A stretch of 64,000 nt of DNA from Marinigracilibium pacificum (lineage in GTDB: Bacteria; Bacteroidota; Bacteroidia; Cytophagales; Cyclobacteriaceae): contig NZ_JABBNU010000010.1 of the NCBI RefSeq assembly GCF_012926615.1, positions 114,629 to 178,628 on the forward strand, given 5' to 3'. Positions 46,672 through 57,615 of this stretch are shown here, one piece after another; the first letter of the stretch is position 1; each line of letters opens with the position of its first letter. Made by a program: the position numbers and the translations under genes. Under the pieces are notes generated by a model. That model did no database searches and was not told the DNA's origin. It worked only from the letters and a program-made list of their open reading frames with translations.

Positions 46672-47871
46672 ATGAAAACAATGAAAATCTCTATAAAAAT
46701 ACTTTTTCTTCTAATGATTATCTTGAATTTATCATGTAATGAAGACCATAAGCATGCAGATGAGCATGGACATTCACACGAAGAAAATGAATCAAAGGAA
46801 GAAAATGAAGTTCATCTTTCACTTCAACAGTTCAAAGCACTAAACCTTACAATTGACTCGATACAATATAGAAATATGTCTTCGTATGTTGAATCTAATG
46901 GTCAATTGGAAGTCCCCCCTCAAAACGAGGCAAAAGTAACTGCTATCATTGGTGCTAACATTACTTCAATTAAAGTTATTGAGGGTGATGAAATAAAAAA
47001 GGGCCAAATTTTAGCCTACCTGAGTCACCCTGATTTGATTCAATTACAAACAGAGTATCTGAACAACTGGAATAAACTTGAGTACATAAAAAATGAATAT
47101 GATCGTCAGGAGAAGTTATATCAGGAAAATGTAGGTTCGGGAAAAGAATTCCAGAAAATCAAAGCTGAATATCAGGCTGCAAAAGGAAATCTGAAAGGTC
47201 TAGAAGCCCAGCTAAAGCTTTTAGGACTAAATCTGGACTACATCAGAAATGAGAATATATATGAAACGGTTGCAGTCAGAAGTCCGATACAAGGATCTGT
47301 CAGGTACGTAGAAGTAAAAACCGGGCAGTATGTTTCTCCACAAACAGTAATGTTTGAAATCGTAAACATTGACCACATCCATGCTGATCTGATGGTATTT
47401 GAAAAGGATGTTCACAAGGTAAAAAAAGGTCAAAAGGTATTGTTTTCAATTGAATCTATACCTAACAAAGAGCTTTCTGCAACTGTTTATTCAGTCGGAA
47501 GGTCATTCGAACAAGATCCAAAAGCAATTCACCTGCATGCAGAAATTGAAAACAAACAAGGTTTACTAATCCCTGGAATGTATGTACGAGGAAGAATTTT
47601 GACCGGAAATAATGATACACCTGCTATTCCCGAGGATGGATTAGTTCGAGATGGAAATAAGTATTTCATATTCACTGCAGAAAAAGAAAGTACAAATGAA
47701 CATGAAGAATGGCATTTTAAACCTGTTGAGGTTATCCCTGGAACGAAAGATAAAGGATGGGTAAGTATCGAGTTTGTTTCCAGAATTCCGGCGGAAACCC
47801 TGATAGTTCTTGATAATGCATATTACCTGATGGCCGAAATGAATAAAAGTGAAGCCGGACATAGTCACTAA
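46672..47871 (+). CDS. czcB: RND efflux membrane-fusion (periplasmic adaptor) protein with His-rich termini
   Basis: HlyD/CzcB-like barrel-sandwich motifs. N-terminal DHKHADEHGHSHEE and C-terminal EAGHSH. Confidence 0.75.
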   Translation: MKTMKISIKILFLLMIILNLSCNEDHKHADEHGHSHEENESKEENEVHLSLQQFKALNLTIDSIQYRNMSSYVESNGQLEVPPQNEAKVTAIIGANITSIKVIEGDEIKKGQILAYLSHPDLIQLQTEYLNNWNKLEYIKNEYDRQEKLYQENVGSGKEFQKIKAEYQAAKGNLKGLEAQLKLLGLNLDYIRNENIYETVAVRSPIQGSVRYVEVKTGQYVSPQTVMFEIVNIDHIHADLMVFEKDVHKVKKGQKVLFSIESIPNKELSATVYSVGRSFEQDPKAIHLHAEIENKQGLLIPGMYVRGRILTGNNDTPAIPEDGLVRDGNKYFIFTAEKESTNEHEEWHFKPVEVIPGTKDKGWVSIEFVSRIPAETLIVLDNAYYLMAEMNKSEAGHSH

Positions 47872-47887
47872 CCATAACCATTCAACC

Positions 47888-48259
47888 ATGATAAATATTC
47901 ATACCAGAATGCCCAAAAAGCTTATTCCTTACTTTGAAAAGGAAATAACACTGTATACGGCTTTAAAAGCAGAAAACAAATTGCAAGAAGCCTGGACTCA
48001 CCTGGAGAATGCACATGTTATAGGGCAAGCGTACCCTTGGCAACATACTTATGCTCATTGGAAGATGCTTGAATTTGGATTCTATATTAAGGATACCAAA
48101 GAAATAATAGGACAACTACCAAGGTTATTTGTCGGAGGAGTAAAATCATTCGTTAGAATAATTCCTACAGGTAATACTGGTGGGGCTAATATTTCTCCGT
48201 TGAAAAAATTACCAATCAAAAAGGAAATTATTGATACCTTTAATAGTGTAAGAGACTAA
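47888..48259 (+). CDS. DUF3703-domain protein (commonly linked to czc loci)
   Basis: AWTHLENAHVIGQAYPWQHTYAHWKMLEFGF matches DUF3703. Start chosen at MINIHTRM; ORF track start 47849 overlaps czcB. Confidence 0.55.
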   Translation: MINIHTRMPKKLIPYFEKEITLYTALKAENKLQEAWTHLENAHVIGQAYPWQHTYAHWKMLEFGFYIKDTKEIIGQLPRLFVGGVKSFVRIIPTGNTGGANISPLKKLPIKKEIIDTFNSVRD

Positions 48260-48263
48260 ATAT

Positions 48264-49157
48264 ATGGCACATAATCATCACCATCATGAACATGAACCAA
48301 AAAGTTTTGGTAAAGCCTTTGCGATTGGTATTGTGTTAAACACACTTTATGTAGCCATTGAGGCATTCTACGGGTTTGCGGTAGGCTCTTCCGCATTACT
48401 TGCAGATGCCGGTCATAATGCATCGGATGTCTTTAGTTTGATCCTAGCCTGGGTAGCAATTTGGATAGCTGAAAAAAAGCCTTCCGGACAATACACATTC
48501 GGACTAAGAAAGACTACCATTCTGGCATCAATGTTTAATGGTTTACTTATCATTGGTGCAGCCGGATTTATCCTAGTTGATGCTATTCAGAAGTTTAAAA
48601 ATCCTGTAGAAATTCCAGGAAACACGTTAATGATTGTTGCCGGAATTGGAATAATTATTAACACAGGTACAGCCTTGTTATTTATGAAGGGTCAGCATGA
48701 TTTGAATATCAAGGGTGCTTTTTTACATATGGCGGCTGATGCGGCCGTTACATTGGGAGTTCTTATTGGAGGGTTGGTAATGAAGTTTACCGGAGCTTAT
48801 TGGGTAGATCCTACATTAAGTATAATCATTGTAGTTGTCATACTGTATGGTGCATGGCAATTACTATCAGATTCAATCAAACTAGCAGTAGATGCAGTAC
48901 CTAATCATATTGATTATAACGACGTTCATACAATGCTTAAAGAGCTCAATGGTGTTGAAGATGTCCATGATCTGCATATCTGGGCAATGAGTACTACAGA
49001 AACGGCACTTACGGTACACCTTGTCATACCTGAAGGTTGTGAAGATGAGTACATATTCAAAATCAGAAATGAATTAAAAGAGAAATTTGGTATTGATCAT
49101 ACCACTTTACAGATTGAAAAGACTTTTGATGATGATGAATACAGGGAGAAGATATAA
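48264..49157 (+). CDS. czcD: cation diffusion facilitator (CzcD-like) transporter
   Basis: MAHNHHHHEHE N-terminus. 6 TM. HNASDVFS / HMAADAAV metal-site motifs. C-terminal cytoplasmic domain. Confidence 0.85.
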   Translation: MAHNHHHHEHEPKSFGKAFAIGIVLNTLYVAIEAFYGFAVGSSALLADAGHNASDVFSLILAWVAIWIAEKKPSGQYTFGLRKTTILASMFNGLLIIGAAGFILVDAIQKFKNPVEIPGNTLMIVAGIGIIINTGTALLFMKGQHDLNIKGAFLHMAADAAVTLGVLIGGLVMKFTGAYWVDPTLSIIIVVVILYGAWQLLSDSIKLAVDAVPNHIDYNDVHTMLKELNGVEDVHDLHIWAMSTTETALTVHLVIPEGCEDEYIFKIRNELKEKFGIDHTTLQIEKTFDDDEYREKI

Positions 49158-49197
49158 AAAAAAAAGGCTGGTTATCATCTAACCAGCCTTTTTTTAT
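49156..49197. terminator. bidirectional rho-independent terminator
   Basis: A-run + GGCTGGTTA-tcatc-TAACCAGCC + T-run between convergent czcD and hydrolase genes. Confidence 0.7.
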
Positions 49198-49208
49198 ATT
49201 AGGTATTC

Positions 49209-50063
49209 TTAATTAAATACGTCATTTAAAAGGTTTTTCAATTCCTCCCATGATTTAGTATCTGCTTCTTCATTATAAGCTAAAGGAATATCAAATTTCT
49301 GACCTAAAGAATCAGCACCTTTATTTGTAAAGGCATGTGTAGCCCCTGGATACTCAATGTACTTATAATCTGCTCCAATGCTATCCATCGCGCTTTTAAA
49401 GTTATTAACTGATTTAGGTGGAATCATAGGATCTGCCCCTCCATTACAAACCAATACTTTTGCTTTCAATGATTCGTTAGGCATAATCGGTAACTGAACA
49501 CCACTATGAAATGCTGCAACAGCATCAAGATCTTCACCTGCATTTGCCATTGTTAAAACAACACTTCCTCCAAAGCAATAACCAATAGCTGCAATTTTTG
49601 TAGAATCAACCTTAGGGTGTGATTTCAGCAACTTCATAGCTGCTTCAAATCTTTCCTTGGCCATATCGATATTACTCATTACCATACCTGCAAATTTTCC
49701 TGCATCACCAGGGTGCTCAGCTTGTTTTCCATCACCGTACATATCAACAGCAATAGCAGCATATCCCAATTCTGCCAGTTTATCGGCACGCATTCTAACA
49801 TAATCATTGTGTCCCCACCATTCATGTACTATGATAACACCAGGTCTGGTTCCATCAATACTTTCATCATAAGCTACATATCCTACCATCTCAGTAGAAT
49901 CAGTACTATATCTAACTTCCTCTCCAACAACAGATGATACATTCTCAACCATCTCTTCATTTGAAGAAGTTTCTTCCTCTTGTTTTTCTTCAGTCTTTGA
50001 TCCACAGGCATTAATAAACACCAGCAGACATAAAAGACCAGTGAAATGAGTTATAAGTTTCAT
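49209..50063 (-). CDS. dienelactone-hydrolase-family lipoprotein
   Basis: Lipobox INACGS. VIIVHEWWGHNDYVR...GYCFGGS DLH signature. ORF track start 50138 is probably upstream of the true start. Confidence 0.75.
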   Translation of the reverse strand: MKLITHFTGLLCLLVFINACGSKTEEKQEEETSSNEEMVENVSSVVGEEVRYSTDSTEMVGYVAYDESIDGTRPGVIIVHEWWGHNDYVRMRADKLAELGYAAIAVDMYGDGKQAEHPGDAGKFAGMVMSNIDMAKERFEAAMKLLKSHPKVDSTKIAAIGYCFGGSVVLTMANAGEDLDAVAAFHSGVQLPIMPNESLKAKVLVCNGGADPMIPPKSVNNFKSAMDSIGADYKYIEYPGATHAFTNKGADSLGQKFDIPLAYNEEADTKSWEELKNLLNDVFN

Positions 50064-50142
50064 AAGTAAATAAGTTGTGTTTATTATAATATTCAATTTA
50101 ATATATTTATTTGAAAGTAATTCAAGGATAATTCTCATTCTT

Positions 50143-51198
50143 TTAATCTATTATCCAACCTTCCATTCTTGCATGTTCAATAGCCTGATGGGAATCTTTC
50201 ATTAATAAAAAGGGAACATCGATCTCCTGTGCCATCTTTGTTACTTCATCACTTCTATCTTCAGTATGAACATCCCTGATATAAATTGCTAAAATCCTGT
50301 CTGGATAATCTTTCCAGACTTTAAAATATATCTCCGGATCATGTTGCCCGCTATCTCCAATCAAAATGAATTTTAGCTTTGGATAAATATCCATGATCCT
50401 TTCAATATTTGATATTTTATATGGTTCTGAATCTTCCCTTATCCATTGCTCCTTATCTATTCCCAGATCCCTCAATATAAATGGTGCTTTGGGTATATTA
50501 TGATGCTCACAAAAACTTATCAGCATATCATATAAATTATAAGAACTTCCGGAAACGAAAAAAAGTGGATTTTTAAAATTTTGGATAAGCTTATGATACA
50601 ACTCACTAACACCCTCAAATGGAGTTCGAGAAGGAGCATCATTTGATATCATTGTTATAATGCGCTTGATAGAATGCATCGCATCTGATACAATTATCGT
50701 ATCATCAACATCAGAAATTATCCCAAAAGGGTTATCCTGTTCACAAATTAGTATCTCTCCGGTAGTTTTTTTCTCATATTCCAGATCAAATGGCATATCT
50801 GTGATCTCAAGATTCACCGGATGCCATCCATTTTTGAGGTGGGTTGAATTTAATCCATCAAACTCAAGAGTAAAATACCCCTCATTATCGCTTATTGTGG
50901 TACACTCTATTCCATAAAACTCTCCTTTTATAGTTACTCCCGGGATTTCATCGCTTTCATAACGCTTCCAGGTTTTTTTGAGATTTGTCCAAAATGAATC
51001 AGGAAGCTCATTTTTGTCATGTATGATTGGTTCTTTTTCAAGAATTCTCCCATGAATTCGAGCTTTTTTCTGATTGCCAAAACCACGATAAGGATAAATG
51101 AATACCAGATCAAATAAGTTTAATTTTTCTTTAACCTGATATTGAAATTTGTCAACACCATCCTCTGTTGCCCTGATAATCCTTTTAAATATTCCCAT
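50143..51198 (-). CDS. App1-family phosphatase (DUF2183; HAD-like DxDxT)
   Basis: ISDVDDTIIVSD and LIGDSGQHDPEIY. Confidence 0.65.
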   Translation of the reverse strand: MGIFKRIIRATEDGVDKFQYQVKEKLNLFDLVFIYPYRGFGNQKKARIHGRILEKEPIIHDKNELPDSFWTNLKKTWKRYESDEIPGVTIKGEFYGIECTTISDNEGYFTLEFDGLNSTHLKNGWHPVNLEITDMPFDLEYEKKTTGEILICEQDNPFGIISDVDDTIIVSDAMHSIKRIITMISNDAPSRTPFEGVSELYHKLIQNFKNPLFFVSGSSYNLYDMLISFCEHHNIPKAPFILRDLGIDKEQWIREDSEPYKISNIERIMDIYPKLKFILIGDSGQHDPEIYFKVWKDYPDRILAIYIRDVHTEDRSDEVTKMAQEIDVPFLLMKDSHQAIEHARMEGWIID

Positions 51199-51345
51199 TG
51201 GTATTAATTGATTATTCTTACTTCAAGTTTGATATTAAAATGAGTCTTGTATCTATCCTGAATTAGACTTAAACATAAATTAGTCTTTTAATGAAGTAAA
51301 TCCACATATAGAATTAAGTTTTAATGTGAAGTGACTATAAATAGA

Positions 51346-51372
51346 AAAAGACAGGGAAACCCTGTCTTTATA
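51346..51372 (-). terminator. rho-independent terminator after DUF779 gene
   Basis: AAAGACAGGGtttCCCTGTCTTT followed by a T-run on the minus strand. Confidence 0.6.
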
Positions 51373-51446
51373 AACATAGAATAGACTTGAAATCTGTCTT
51401 TACAACTTTGAACTACTTATATTGTTTTAAAATTTTATTAAAAAAA

Positions 51447-51821
51447 TTATAATTCTCCATTTTTCTTCAAAGTATTGATTTCATCCTCAGTGAATAATCG
51501 TGACCTGATAATGAATCTTACTCCCATAGGAATTTCCAGAGAAAAGCTTGAGCCACGCCCCTTGGTAACATCAAGAGTCAAATGGGTATGCTTCCAATAC
51601 TCGTATTGATCTTTTGACATATAAAAGGGGCAATCTTCTATTCTCCCAAGCAAAATATCGCTTTCACCTGTTTTAAAATCGCCATCTTCAAAACACATTG
51701 GTGAGGAACCATCACAGCAACCACCACTTTGATGAAACATCAATGGACCAAACCTTTCTTTTAGTTCATCAATAACTTCAACAGCTTCATCTGTTATTCC
51801 TATCTTTTCTACCTTAGTCAT
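51447..51821 (-). CDS. DUF779-domain protein (ALDH-associated)
   Basis: FHQSGGCCDGSSPMCF motif. Immediately downstream of ALDH. Confidence 0.7.
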   Translation of the reverse strand: MTKVEKIGITDEAVEVIDELKERFGPLMFHQSGGCCDGSSPMCFEDGDFKTGESDILLGRIEDCPFYMSKDQYEYWKHTHLTLDVTKGRGSSFSLEIPMGVRFIIRSRLFTEDEINTLKKNGEL

Positions 51822-51905
51822 TTTATTAGGTTTTCTTAATAAATCAAAAGAAGAGAAGGCAAAATGCCTTCCCTAACTTTCACTTACCACGCGATAACCC
51901 GCATT

Positions 51906-53429
51906 CTAAAAGAATCCCAACTTCTTTTTGTCATATGAAATCAACATATTTTTAGTATTTCGATAATGATTAAGCATCATTTTATGAGTTTCACGTCCAA
52001 AACCTGATTTCTTATACCCTCCAAATGGTGCATGTGCAGGATAAGCATGATAACAATTTACCCACACTCTTCCCGCTTTGATTGCTCTTGGCATCTGATA
52101 AATCTCATGCGCATCACGAGTCCATAAACCGGCTCCGAGACCATATAATGTATCATTCGCTATTTCAATAGCTTCATCCATGTCTTTAAAGGTTGTAACA
52201 CATGTTACCGGTCCGAAAATTTCTTCCTGAAATACACGCATTTTATTGTGCCCTTTAAAGATAGTCGGCTCGATATAGTATCCATTAGCAAGATCATCAC
52301 CCAACTCGGCTTTCTTACCACCACATAATACCTCTGCTCCTTCTTGTTTTCCGATGTCCAGATAAGAAAGTATTTTCTCGAATTGATCATTAGAAGCTTG
52401 TGCTCCCATCATGGTATCTTCACCAAGAGGATGTCCCATTTTGATTGCTTTGGTTCTTTCAACCACCCGTTCCATAAATTTGTCATAAATTGATTCATGA
52501 ACGAGAATCCTTGAAGGACAAGTACAAACCTCACCCTGATTTAGTGCAAACATTACCGCTCCTTCAATACACTTGTCAAAGAAATCATCGTCAGCATCCA
52601 TTACACTTGGCATAAATATATTTGGAGATTTACCACCAAGCTCCATTGTTACCGGTATCAAATTTTCTGAAGCGTACTGCATAATCAGCCTTCCTGTAGT
52701 AGTTTCTCCCGTGAATGCCACTTTGGCTATCCTTGAAGAGGTTGCTAGTGGTTTCCCGGCTTCTGGTCCATAACCAGTAACAATATTAATTACTCCATCA
52801 GGTACAACATCCTTAATAAGATCCATTAATACCATAATACTTGTTGGAGTTTGCTCAGCTGGTTTTACTACAGTACAGCAGCCAGCAGCCAGGGCAGGAG
52901 CAATTTTCCACGTTGCCATTAGTAAAGGAAAATTCCACGGAATAATTTGCCCGACAACTCCCAGAGGTTCTTGCAGATTAATACTCACCGTATTAGGATC
53001 ATGCTCTGAAATTGTAGACTCATCTGATCTGATTACACCAGCAAAATATCTGAAATGATCTACACACAGAGGCAAGTCAGCAGCTCTTGTTTCCCTTAGT
53101 GCCTTACCGTTATCAATGGTCTCAACTCTTGCAAGTTGTTCCAGGTTTTCTTCAATTATATCTGCGATATCAAGTAATACTTTTGCTCGTCCGGCGGCAG
53201 ATGTGGTAGACCAGCCAGGAAATGCTTTATGAGCAGCATCTAATGCTTTTTCAACATCATCCTTGTTTCCTCTGGCTGCCCGTGTAAAAGCTTCGCCATC
53301 AATCGGACTTATGTTATCAAAATATTCTCCGCTGGAAGGAGCTACCCACTTCCCTCCTATAAAATGATCATAATGTGGCTTAAATTGTGGTCTGTCGACT
53401 ACTTTTTGTTTTTCAGTTACAGTTTTCAT
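51906..53429 (-). CDS. NAD(P)-dependent aldehyde dehydrogenase
   Basis: ELGGKSP, catalytic Cys region [16 protein letters not shown]. Confidence 0.9.
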   Translation of the reverse strand: MKTVTEKQKVVDRPQFKPHYDHFIGGKWVAPSSGEYFDNISPIDGEAFTRAARGNKDDVEKALDAAHKAFPGWSTTSAAGRAKVLLDIADIIEENLEQLARVETIDNGKALRETRAADLPLCVDHFRYFAGVIRSDESTISEHDPNTVSINLQEPLGVVGQIIPWNFPLLMATWKIAPALAAGCCTVVKPAEQTPTSIMVLMDLIKDVVPDGVINIVTGYGPEAGKPLATSSRIAKVAFTGETTTGRLIMQYASENLIPVTMELGGKSPNIFMPSVMDADDDFFDKCIEGAVMFALNQGEVCTCPSRILVHESIYDKFMERVVERTKAIKMGHPLGEDTMMGAQASNDQFEKILSYLDIGKQEGAEVLCGGKKAELGDDLANGYYIEPTIFKGHNKMRVFQEEIFGPVTCVTTFKDMDEAIEIANDTLYGLGAGLWTRDAHEIYQMPRAIKAGRVWVNCYHAYPAHAPFGGYKKSGFGRETHKMMLNHYRNTKNMLISYDKKKLGFF

Positions 53430-53573
53430 GTTTAAGGATTTTAGAATTAAATATCAAAATATCCTTTATTAACACATCAAATGCTTTGCTGTAAGTCCAA
53501 ACCAGTATTCTTTAAGTCTTAAATATTCAGAAAATCAAAATAATATTCCGATATTTATAGTAAGTCATGGAGA

Positions 53574-54542
53574 TTGCTCAAAACTTCCCTGATTAAAAAT
53601 ATTACACTTAACCCACAACCCGTGAAGAAATATCAACCAGAGAATTTTAGTCTCAGGGATGGAAAATCCCTACTCACCCTGGTCGAGAACCGAACAGCTT
53701 ATTCATTTGATTCTTGCGAATTAAATCTGTTTGAAACTCATCAAAAAGAGAAAAATATTAATCTGGTATTTGATCACTTTGTTTTCACCAGTATGATTTC
53801 AGGTAAGAAGGTAATGACTTTACCTGATAAGCCTTCTTTTGATTACCTGCCCGGAGAATCTGTTATACTTCCACCCGGAGAATTAATGAATATCGATTTC
53901 CCGGTTGCTGATATGGATAATCCAACAAAATGCATTGCTCTTACAATTGCCGATGAGGTGATAATTGATACAATAAATAAACTACAGGAACTTCACCCAA
54001 GACATGAAACCTGGGGAAGTTGGGAAATAGACCCTGCGTTATTTCACCTCAATAATAACCGGGAACTGGCAGATACTATCAATAGGATTGTCAGAATCAC
54101 TAAAAGTGAAAAGGGTAAGGTGAAGGATATTATGATAGATCTGACTCTTAAGGAAATGCTGGTCAGGCTAATGCAAACTCAAGCAAGAGTTGTTTTGGAG
54201 TCATCTTATGACCTGCTAGCTGGAAACAATAGCCTGGCAGCAGCTATTCAATATATCAAACAAAATTTGTGTAATACACTAGATCTAAATAAGGTTGCAG
54301 ACATAGCCTGTATGAGTAGAGCATCATTTTTTAAGAAGTTTAAGGAAGTTACCGGGTTAACACCTGCTCAATATATTCTAAAAGAGCGTATCAAATTAGC
54401 CAAAAGTGACCTAAGAGACAGCTCAAGATCAATAACATCGGTGTGTTTTTCATCAGGATTCGAAAATCTTTCACATTTTATTAAAGCTTTTAAACAAGAA
54501 ACGGGATTAACGCCAAAAACCTGGCAAACCTCTCAGACTTAA
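53574..54542 (+). CDS. AraC-family transcriptional regulator
   Basis: C-terminal double HTH (ASFFKKFKEVTGLTPAQYILKERIKLAKSDL). Confidence 0.8.
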   Translation: MLKTSLIKNITLNPQPVKKYQPENFSLRDGKSLLTLVENRTAYSFDSCELNLFETHQKEKNINLVFDHFVFTSMISGKKVMTLPDKPSFDYLPGESVILPPGELMNIDFPVADMDNPTKCIALTIADEVIIDTINKLQELHPRHETWGSWEIDPALFHLNNNRELADTINRIVRITKSEKGKVKDIMIDLTLKEMLVRLMQTQARVVLESSYDLLAGNNSLAAAIQYIKQNLCNTLDLNKVADIACMSRASFFKKFKEVTGLTPAQYILKERIKLAKSDLRDSSRSITSVCFSSGFENLSHFIKAFKQETGLTPKTWQTSQT

Positions 54543-54554
54543 TTTTTTGATTTC

Positions 54555-55265
54555 ATGAAAATAATCAACCTGATATCCGGACCCCGGAATATCTCAACTG
54601 CATTAATGTATTCATTTGCTCAAAGAAAGGACACAAAGGTAATTGACGAACCTTTGTATGGATATTACCTTACTACCACGGGACTTGATCATCCAGGTCG
54701 TGAGGAAATAATCGCTTCTATGGACTGTAATCCTGACTCAGTAATTGGATCTCTTTTGAATGATAATGGAAAGAATATTCTCTTTGTTAAAAATATGGCT
54801 AAGCATCTTGTTGGTCTAAATACTGATTTCATGTCGAAAATGATAAATGTATTTTTGATCAGGGAGCCTTCACATATTATCACTTCATTCTCAAAGGTTG
54901 TTGAGAAAATTCCGGAAGAAGAAATCGGTTATGGATATTCATTGAAACTCTATAATCAACTGGTAAATGAAGGTCAAAAGCCAATCGTAATTGATTCAGG
55001 TACCGTTTTAAAAGATCCTGAAACTATGTTGCCAAAAATATGTGAAGCATTAGAAATTCCATTTGACAAATCGATGCTCTCCTGGAACCCCGGTCCAAGA
55101 CCTGAAGATGGATGCTGGGCTAAATACTGGTATGCCAATGTTCATAAAAGCAATGGACTGATGCAAAAGTCAGAGCAGCCTAAACAAGTACCAGAAAAAT
55201 ATCAACAGCTTTATACAGAAGCCTCAAAATATTATAACGAACTTTTTAAACATGCTATAAAGTAA
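54555..55265 (+). CDS. sulfotransferase-like P-loop protein (tentative)
   Basis: N-terminal ISGPRNISTALMY resembles a PAPS-binding 5'-PSB loop. Otherwise weak. Confidence 0.35.
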   Translation: MKIINLISGPRNISTALMYSFAQRKDTKVIDEPLYGYYLTTTGLDHPGREEIIASMDCNPDSVIGSLLNDNGKNILFVKNMAKHLVGLNTDFMSKMINVFLIREPSHIITSFSKVVEKIPEEEIGYGYSLKLYNQLVNEGQKPIVIDSGTVLKDPETMLPKICEALEIPFDKSMLSWNPGPRPEDGCWAKYWYANVHKSNGLMQKSEQPKQVPEKYQQLYTEASKYYNELFKHAIK

Positions 55266-55267
55266 TT

Positions 55268-56170
55268 ATGCTACAACAATACAATCCAAAAAATGAAAAC
55301 ATTAAAGTCTGGGTAGGTGACAGACTTTTTGACCGTCATGAAGCAAAAGTTTCTGTGTTTGACAGTATCGTACAAGGTGGTGACGGTGTATGGGAAGGAC
55401 TCAGAGTTTATGACAATCATGTGTTTTGTCTTGACAAACATCTGGAACGATTAGAATATTCGGCCAAGGCACTAGCTTTTGATCACATTCCTGAAAGAGA
55501 TTATATCAAAAAAGCTATTTTTGAGACTCTGAAGGCAAACAGGATGTTTAATGAAACTCATATCAGGCTTACCCTGACCAGAGGTGAAAAAGTGACTTCA
55601 GGAATGGATCCCCGGCTAAACTCTAAAGGTTCAAACTTAATAGTTTTGGCTGAGTGGAAACCTTTAGTTTATGATAACAAAAATGGGATTCGGGTTATTA
55701 CCTCAGCGATACAAAGAAACTCTCCAAGACATCTGGATAGTAAAATCCATCATAATAATCTACTAAATAACATTCTTGCGAAGGTACAGGCTAATTTTGC
55801 AGGTGTTGATGCAGCAATTATGCTCGACACCCAGGGATTTGTTTCAGAGTTAAATGACACCAACCTGTTTATGGTTCATAAAAATGTAATTTATACTCCA
55901 CATGCTGATGCATGCCTGCCGGGCATTACACGAGGTCTTGTTATTGAGGTAGCAAAAGCTTCAGGAATTGACATTATAGAAAAAAACCTGACCGTTAATG
56001 AATTTTATAATGCCGATGAAGTATTCTGCACGGGAACGATGGGAGAATTGACTCCCCTTCATGAAATTGATGGTAGACCGGTTGAAAACAAAACCGGAAG
56101 TAACCTCAGAAGCCTTATCCACGAGAAGATCCACGAGAAGATCTATGAGTTAGGTGAAAAGATTTCTTAA
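55268..56170 (+). CDS. class IV (fold-type IV PLP) aminotransferase (BCAT / D-aa aminotransferase / ADC-lyase family)
   Basis: ERLEYSAKAL, ETHIRLTLTRG, EVFCTGTMGELTPLHEIDGR. 3-nt gap after the upstream gene. Confidence 0.75.
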   Translation: MLQQYNPKNENIKVWVGDRLFDRHEAKVSVFDSIVQGGDGVWEGLRVYDNHVFCLDKHLERLEYSAKALAFDHIPERDYIKKAIFETLKANRMFNETHIRLTLTRGEKVTSGMDPRLNSKGSNLIVLAEWKPLVYDNKNGIRVITSAIQRNSPRHLDSKIHHNNLLNNILAKVQANFAGVDAAIMLDTQGFVSELNDTNLFMVHKNVIYTPHADACLPGITRGLVIEVAKASGIDIIEKNLTVNEFYNADEVFCTGTMGELTPLHEIDGRPVENKTGSNLRSLIHEKIHEKIYELGEKIS

Positions 56171-56538
56171 TGCCTTTCAAGAAACTCTCTGATCATCTGT
56201 GTCTGCATCTGGCTTACAAACGGATGATCGGGGGCTTTATTCAATAAAACCAGTGTATACGCAAATTTAGATAGTTTCCAGTCGTGGGATACTGTATGAT
56301 TATCCTCATCAGAGATATAATACTTCATAAAGTGCTCTTCGACTGGAATTCCACTATTCATACATACTTGTATTGCTTTAAATATTGCTTCATTAATATC
56401 ATTTGAAAGTTCCTTTCCTGTCAGTTTAATTATTGAAGAAGCATTAAATGATAATCCTTTTTCTCGTATTGCATTTTCAAACCTGTGAAAAGCAGGATTT
56501 GAATTTTGATTTCCATAATTTGTTATTTCGTAAATCAT
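56167..56538 (-). CDS. hypothetical protein
   Basis: 123 aa, no motif. 4-nt convergent overlap with the aminotransferase. Confidence 0.4.
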   Translation of the reverse strand: MIYEITNYGNQNSNPAFHRFENAIREKGLSFNASSIIKLTGKELSNDINEAIFKAIQVCMNSGIPVEEHFMKYYISDEDNHTVSHDWKLSKFAYTLVLLNKAPDHPFVSQMQTQMIREFLERH

Positions 56539-56558
56539 CGGTCAGGTTTTTCTTTTAA

Positions 56559-57491
56559 TTACACAAACTGTTTATTGAAGCTAGCTCTAAGATTTTTAAC
56601 CATTTCTTTTTGTTCATCATTTAACTTTTCAGGAAGCTTAGCTTTTATCCGGACATACAAATCACCATGTCCTTTTCCATTATATTCGGGCATTCCCTTG
56701 CCTTTTAACCTTAGTGTTTTATCATTTTTAGTACCTTCAGGAATTTTGATTTTGATTTTCCCTGTAAAAGAGTCTATTTCTACATCACCGCCTAATAGTA
56801 ATGTAAACACATCAATTTCCTGATCCATGTACAGGTCATCACCTTTACGATCGTAACCCTTCTGCTCACTTACATTTACTTTCAGCAGCACATTCCCTCG
56901 TTTTCCTGTCGGACCAGGTTGTCCTTTTCCTTTAATTCTTAGCTTTAAGCCATCATAAGCACCGGGCTTAATTTTAACTTTGATTTTTTCCGGACCAATA
57001 TTTACAATTCGTTCCGTACCGTGGTAAGCTTCATATAAAGAAATACTCAACTCACCTGATAAATCGTTTCCGGGTATATCATTAGCACCTCCAAATCCCG
57101 ACTGCCTGCGTCCTGACCTTCTTCCTCCGCCAAAAAAAGCTTCGAAGAAGTCAGAAAAACCACCTCCGCCAAAAAACTCTGAAGGATCGCCCTGATATTG
57201 GTAGTTAAAGCCACCTTGTCCGAAAGGCCCTCTAGCAGCATTAGGGTCATAACCAGCATTTTGATATTGCTTCCAGTTTTTCCCCAGCTTATCATATTGC
57301 TCTCGCTTTTTAGGATCTCCTAAAACTTCATTTGCCTCACTGATCTCCTTAAACTTATCCTCAGCTGTTTTATCACCCGGGTTTTTATCAGGGTGATATT
57401 TTACTGCAAGCTTTCTGTAAGCCTTCTTGATTTCTTCTTGAGAAGCCTTTTTATCTACCCCAAGTATATCGTAATAATCCTTATAATCCAT
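56559..57491 (-). CDS. DnaJ-domain co-chaperone lacking zinc finger (CbpA-like)
   Basis: J-domain [33 protein letters not shown]. Gly/Phe-rich linker. DnaJ C-terminal domains. No CxxCxGxG repeats. Confidence 0.8.
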   Translation of the reverse strand: MDYKDYYDILGVDKKASQEEIKKAYRKLAVKYHPDKNPGDKTAEDKFKEISEANEVLGDPKKREQYDKLGKNWKQYQNAGYDPNAARGPFGQGGFNYQYQGDPSEFFGGGGFSDFFEAFFGGGRRSGRRQSGFGGANDIPGNDLSGELSISLYEAYHGTERIVNIGPEKIKVKIKPGAYDGLKLRIKGKGQPGPTGKRGNVLLKVNVSEQKGYDRKGDDLYMDQEIDVFTLLLGGDVEIDSFTGKIKIKIPEGTKNDKTLRLKGKGMPEYNGKGHGDLYVRIKAKLPEKLNDEQKEMVKNLRASFNKQFV

Positions 57492-57527
57492 CTAATTTGC
57501 TTTACCTTAAATTTACTCAATATCATA

Positions 57528-57553
57528 AAAAAACGGACTACTATTGTCCGCTC
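57528..57553 (-). terminator. rho-independent terminator after hsp20
   Basis: CGGACaatagtaGTCCG followed by TTTTTTT on the minus strand. Confidence 0.6.
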
Positions 57554-57615
57554 TTTCTACTGATAAACATCAGTTACTTAAGAGAAATCCGGAAGCTAAC
57601 ACCTCCGGATTTCAA

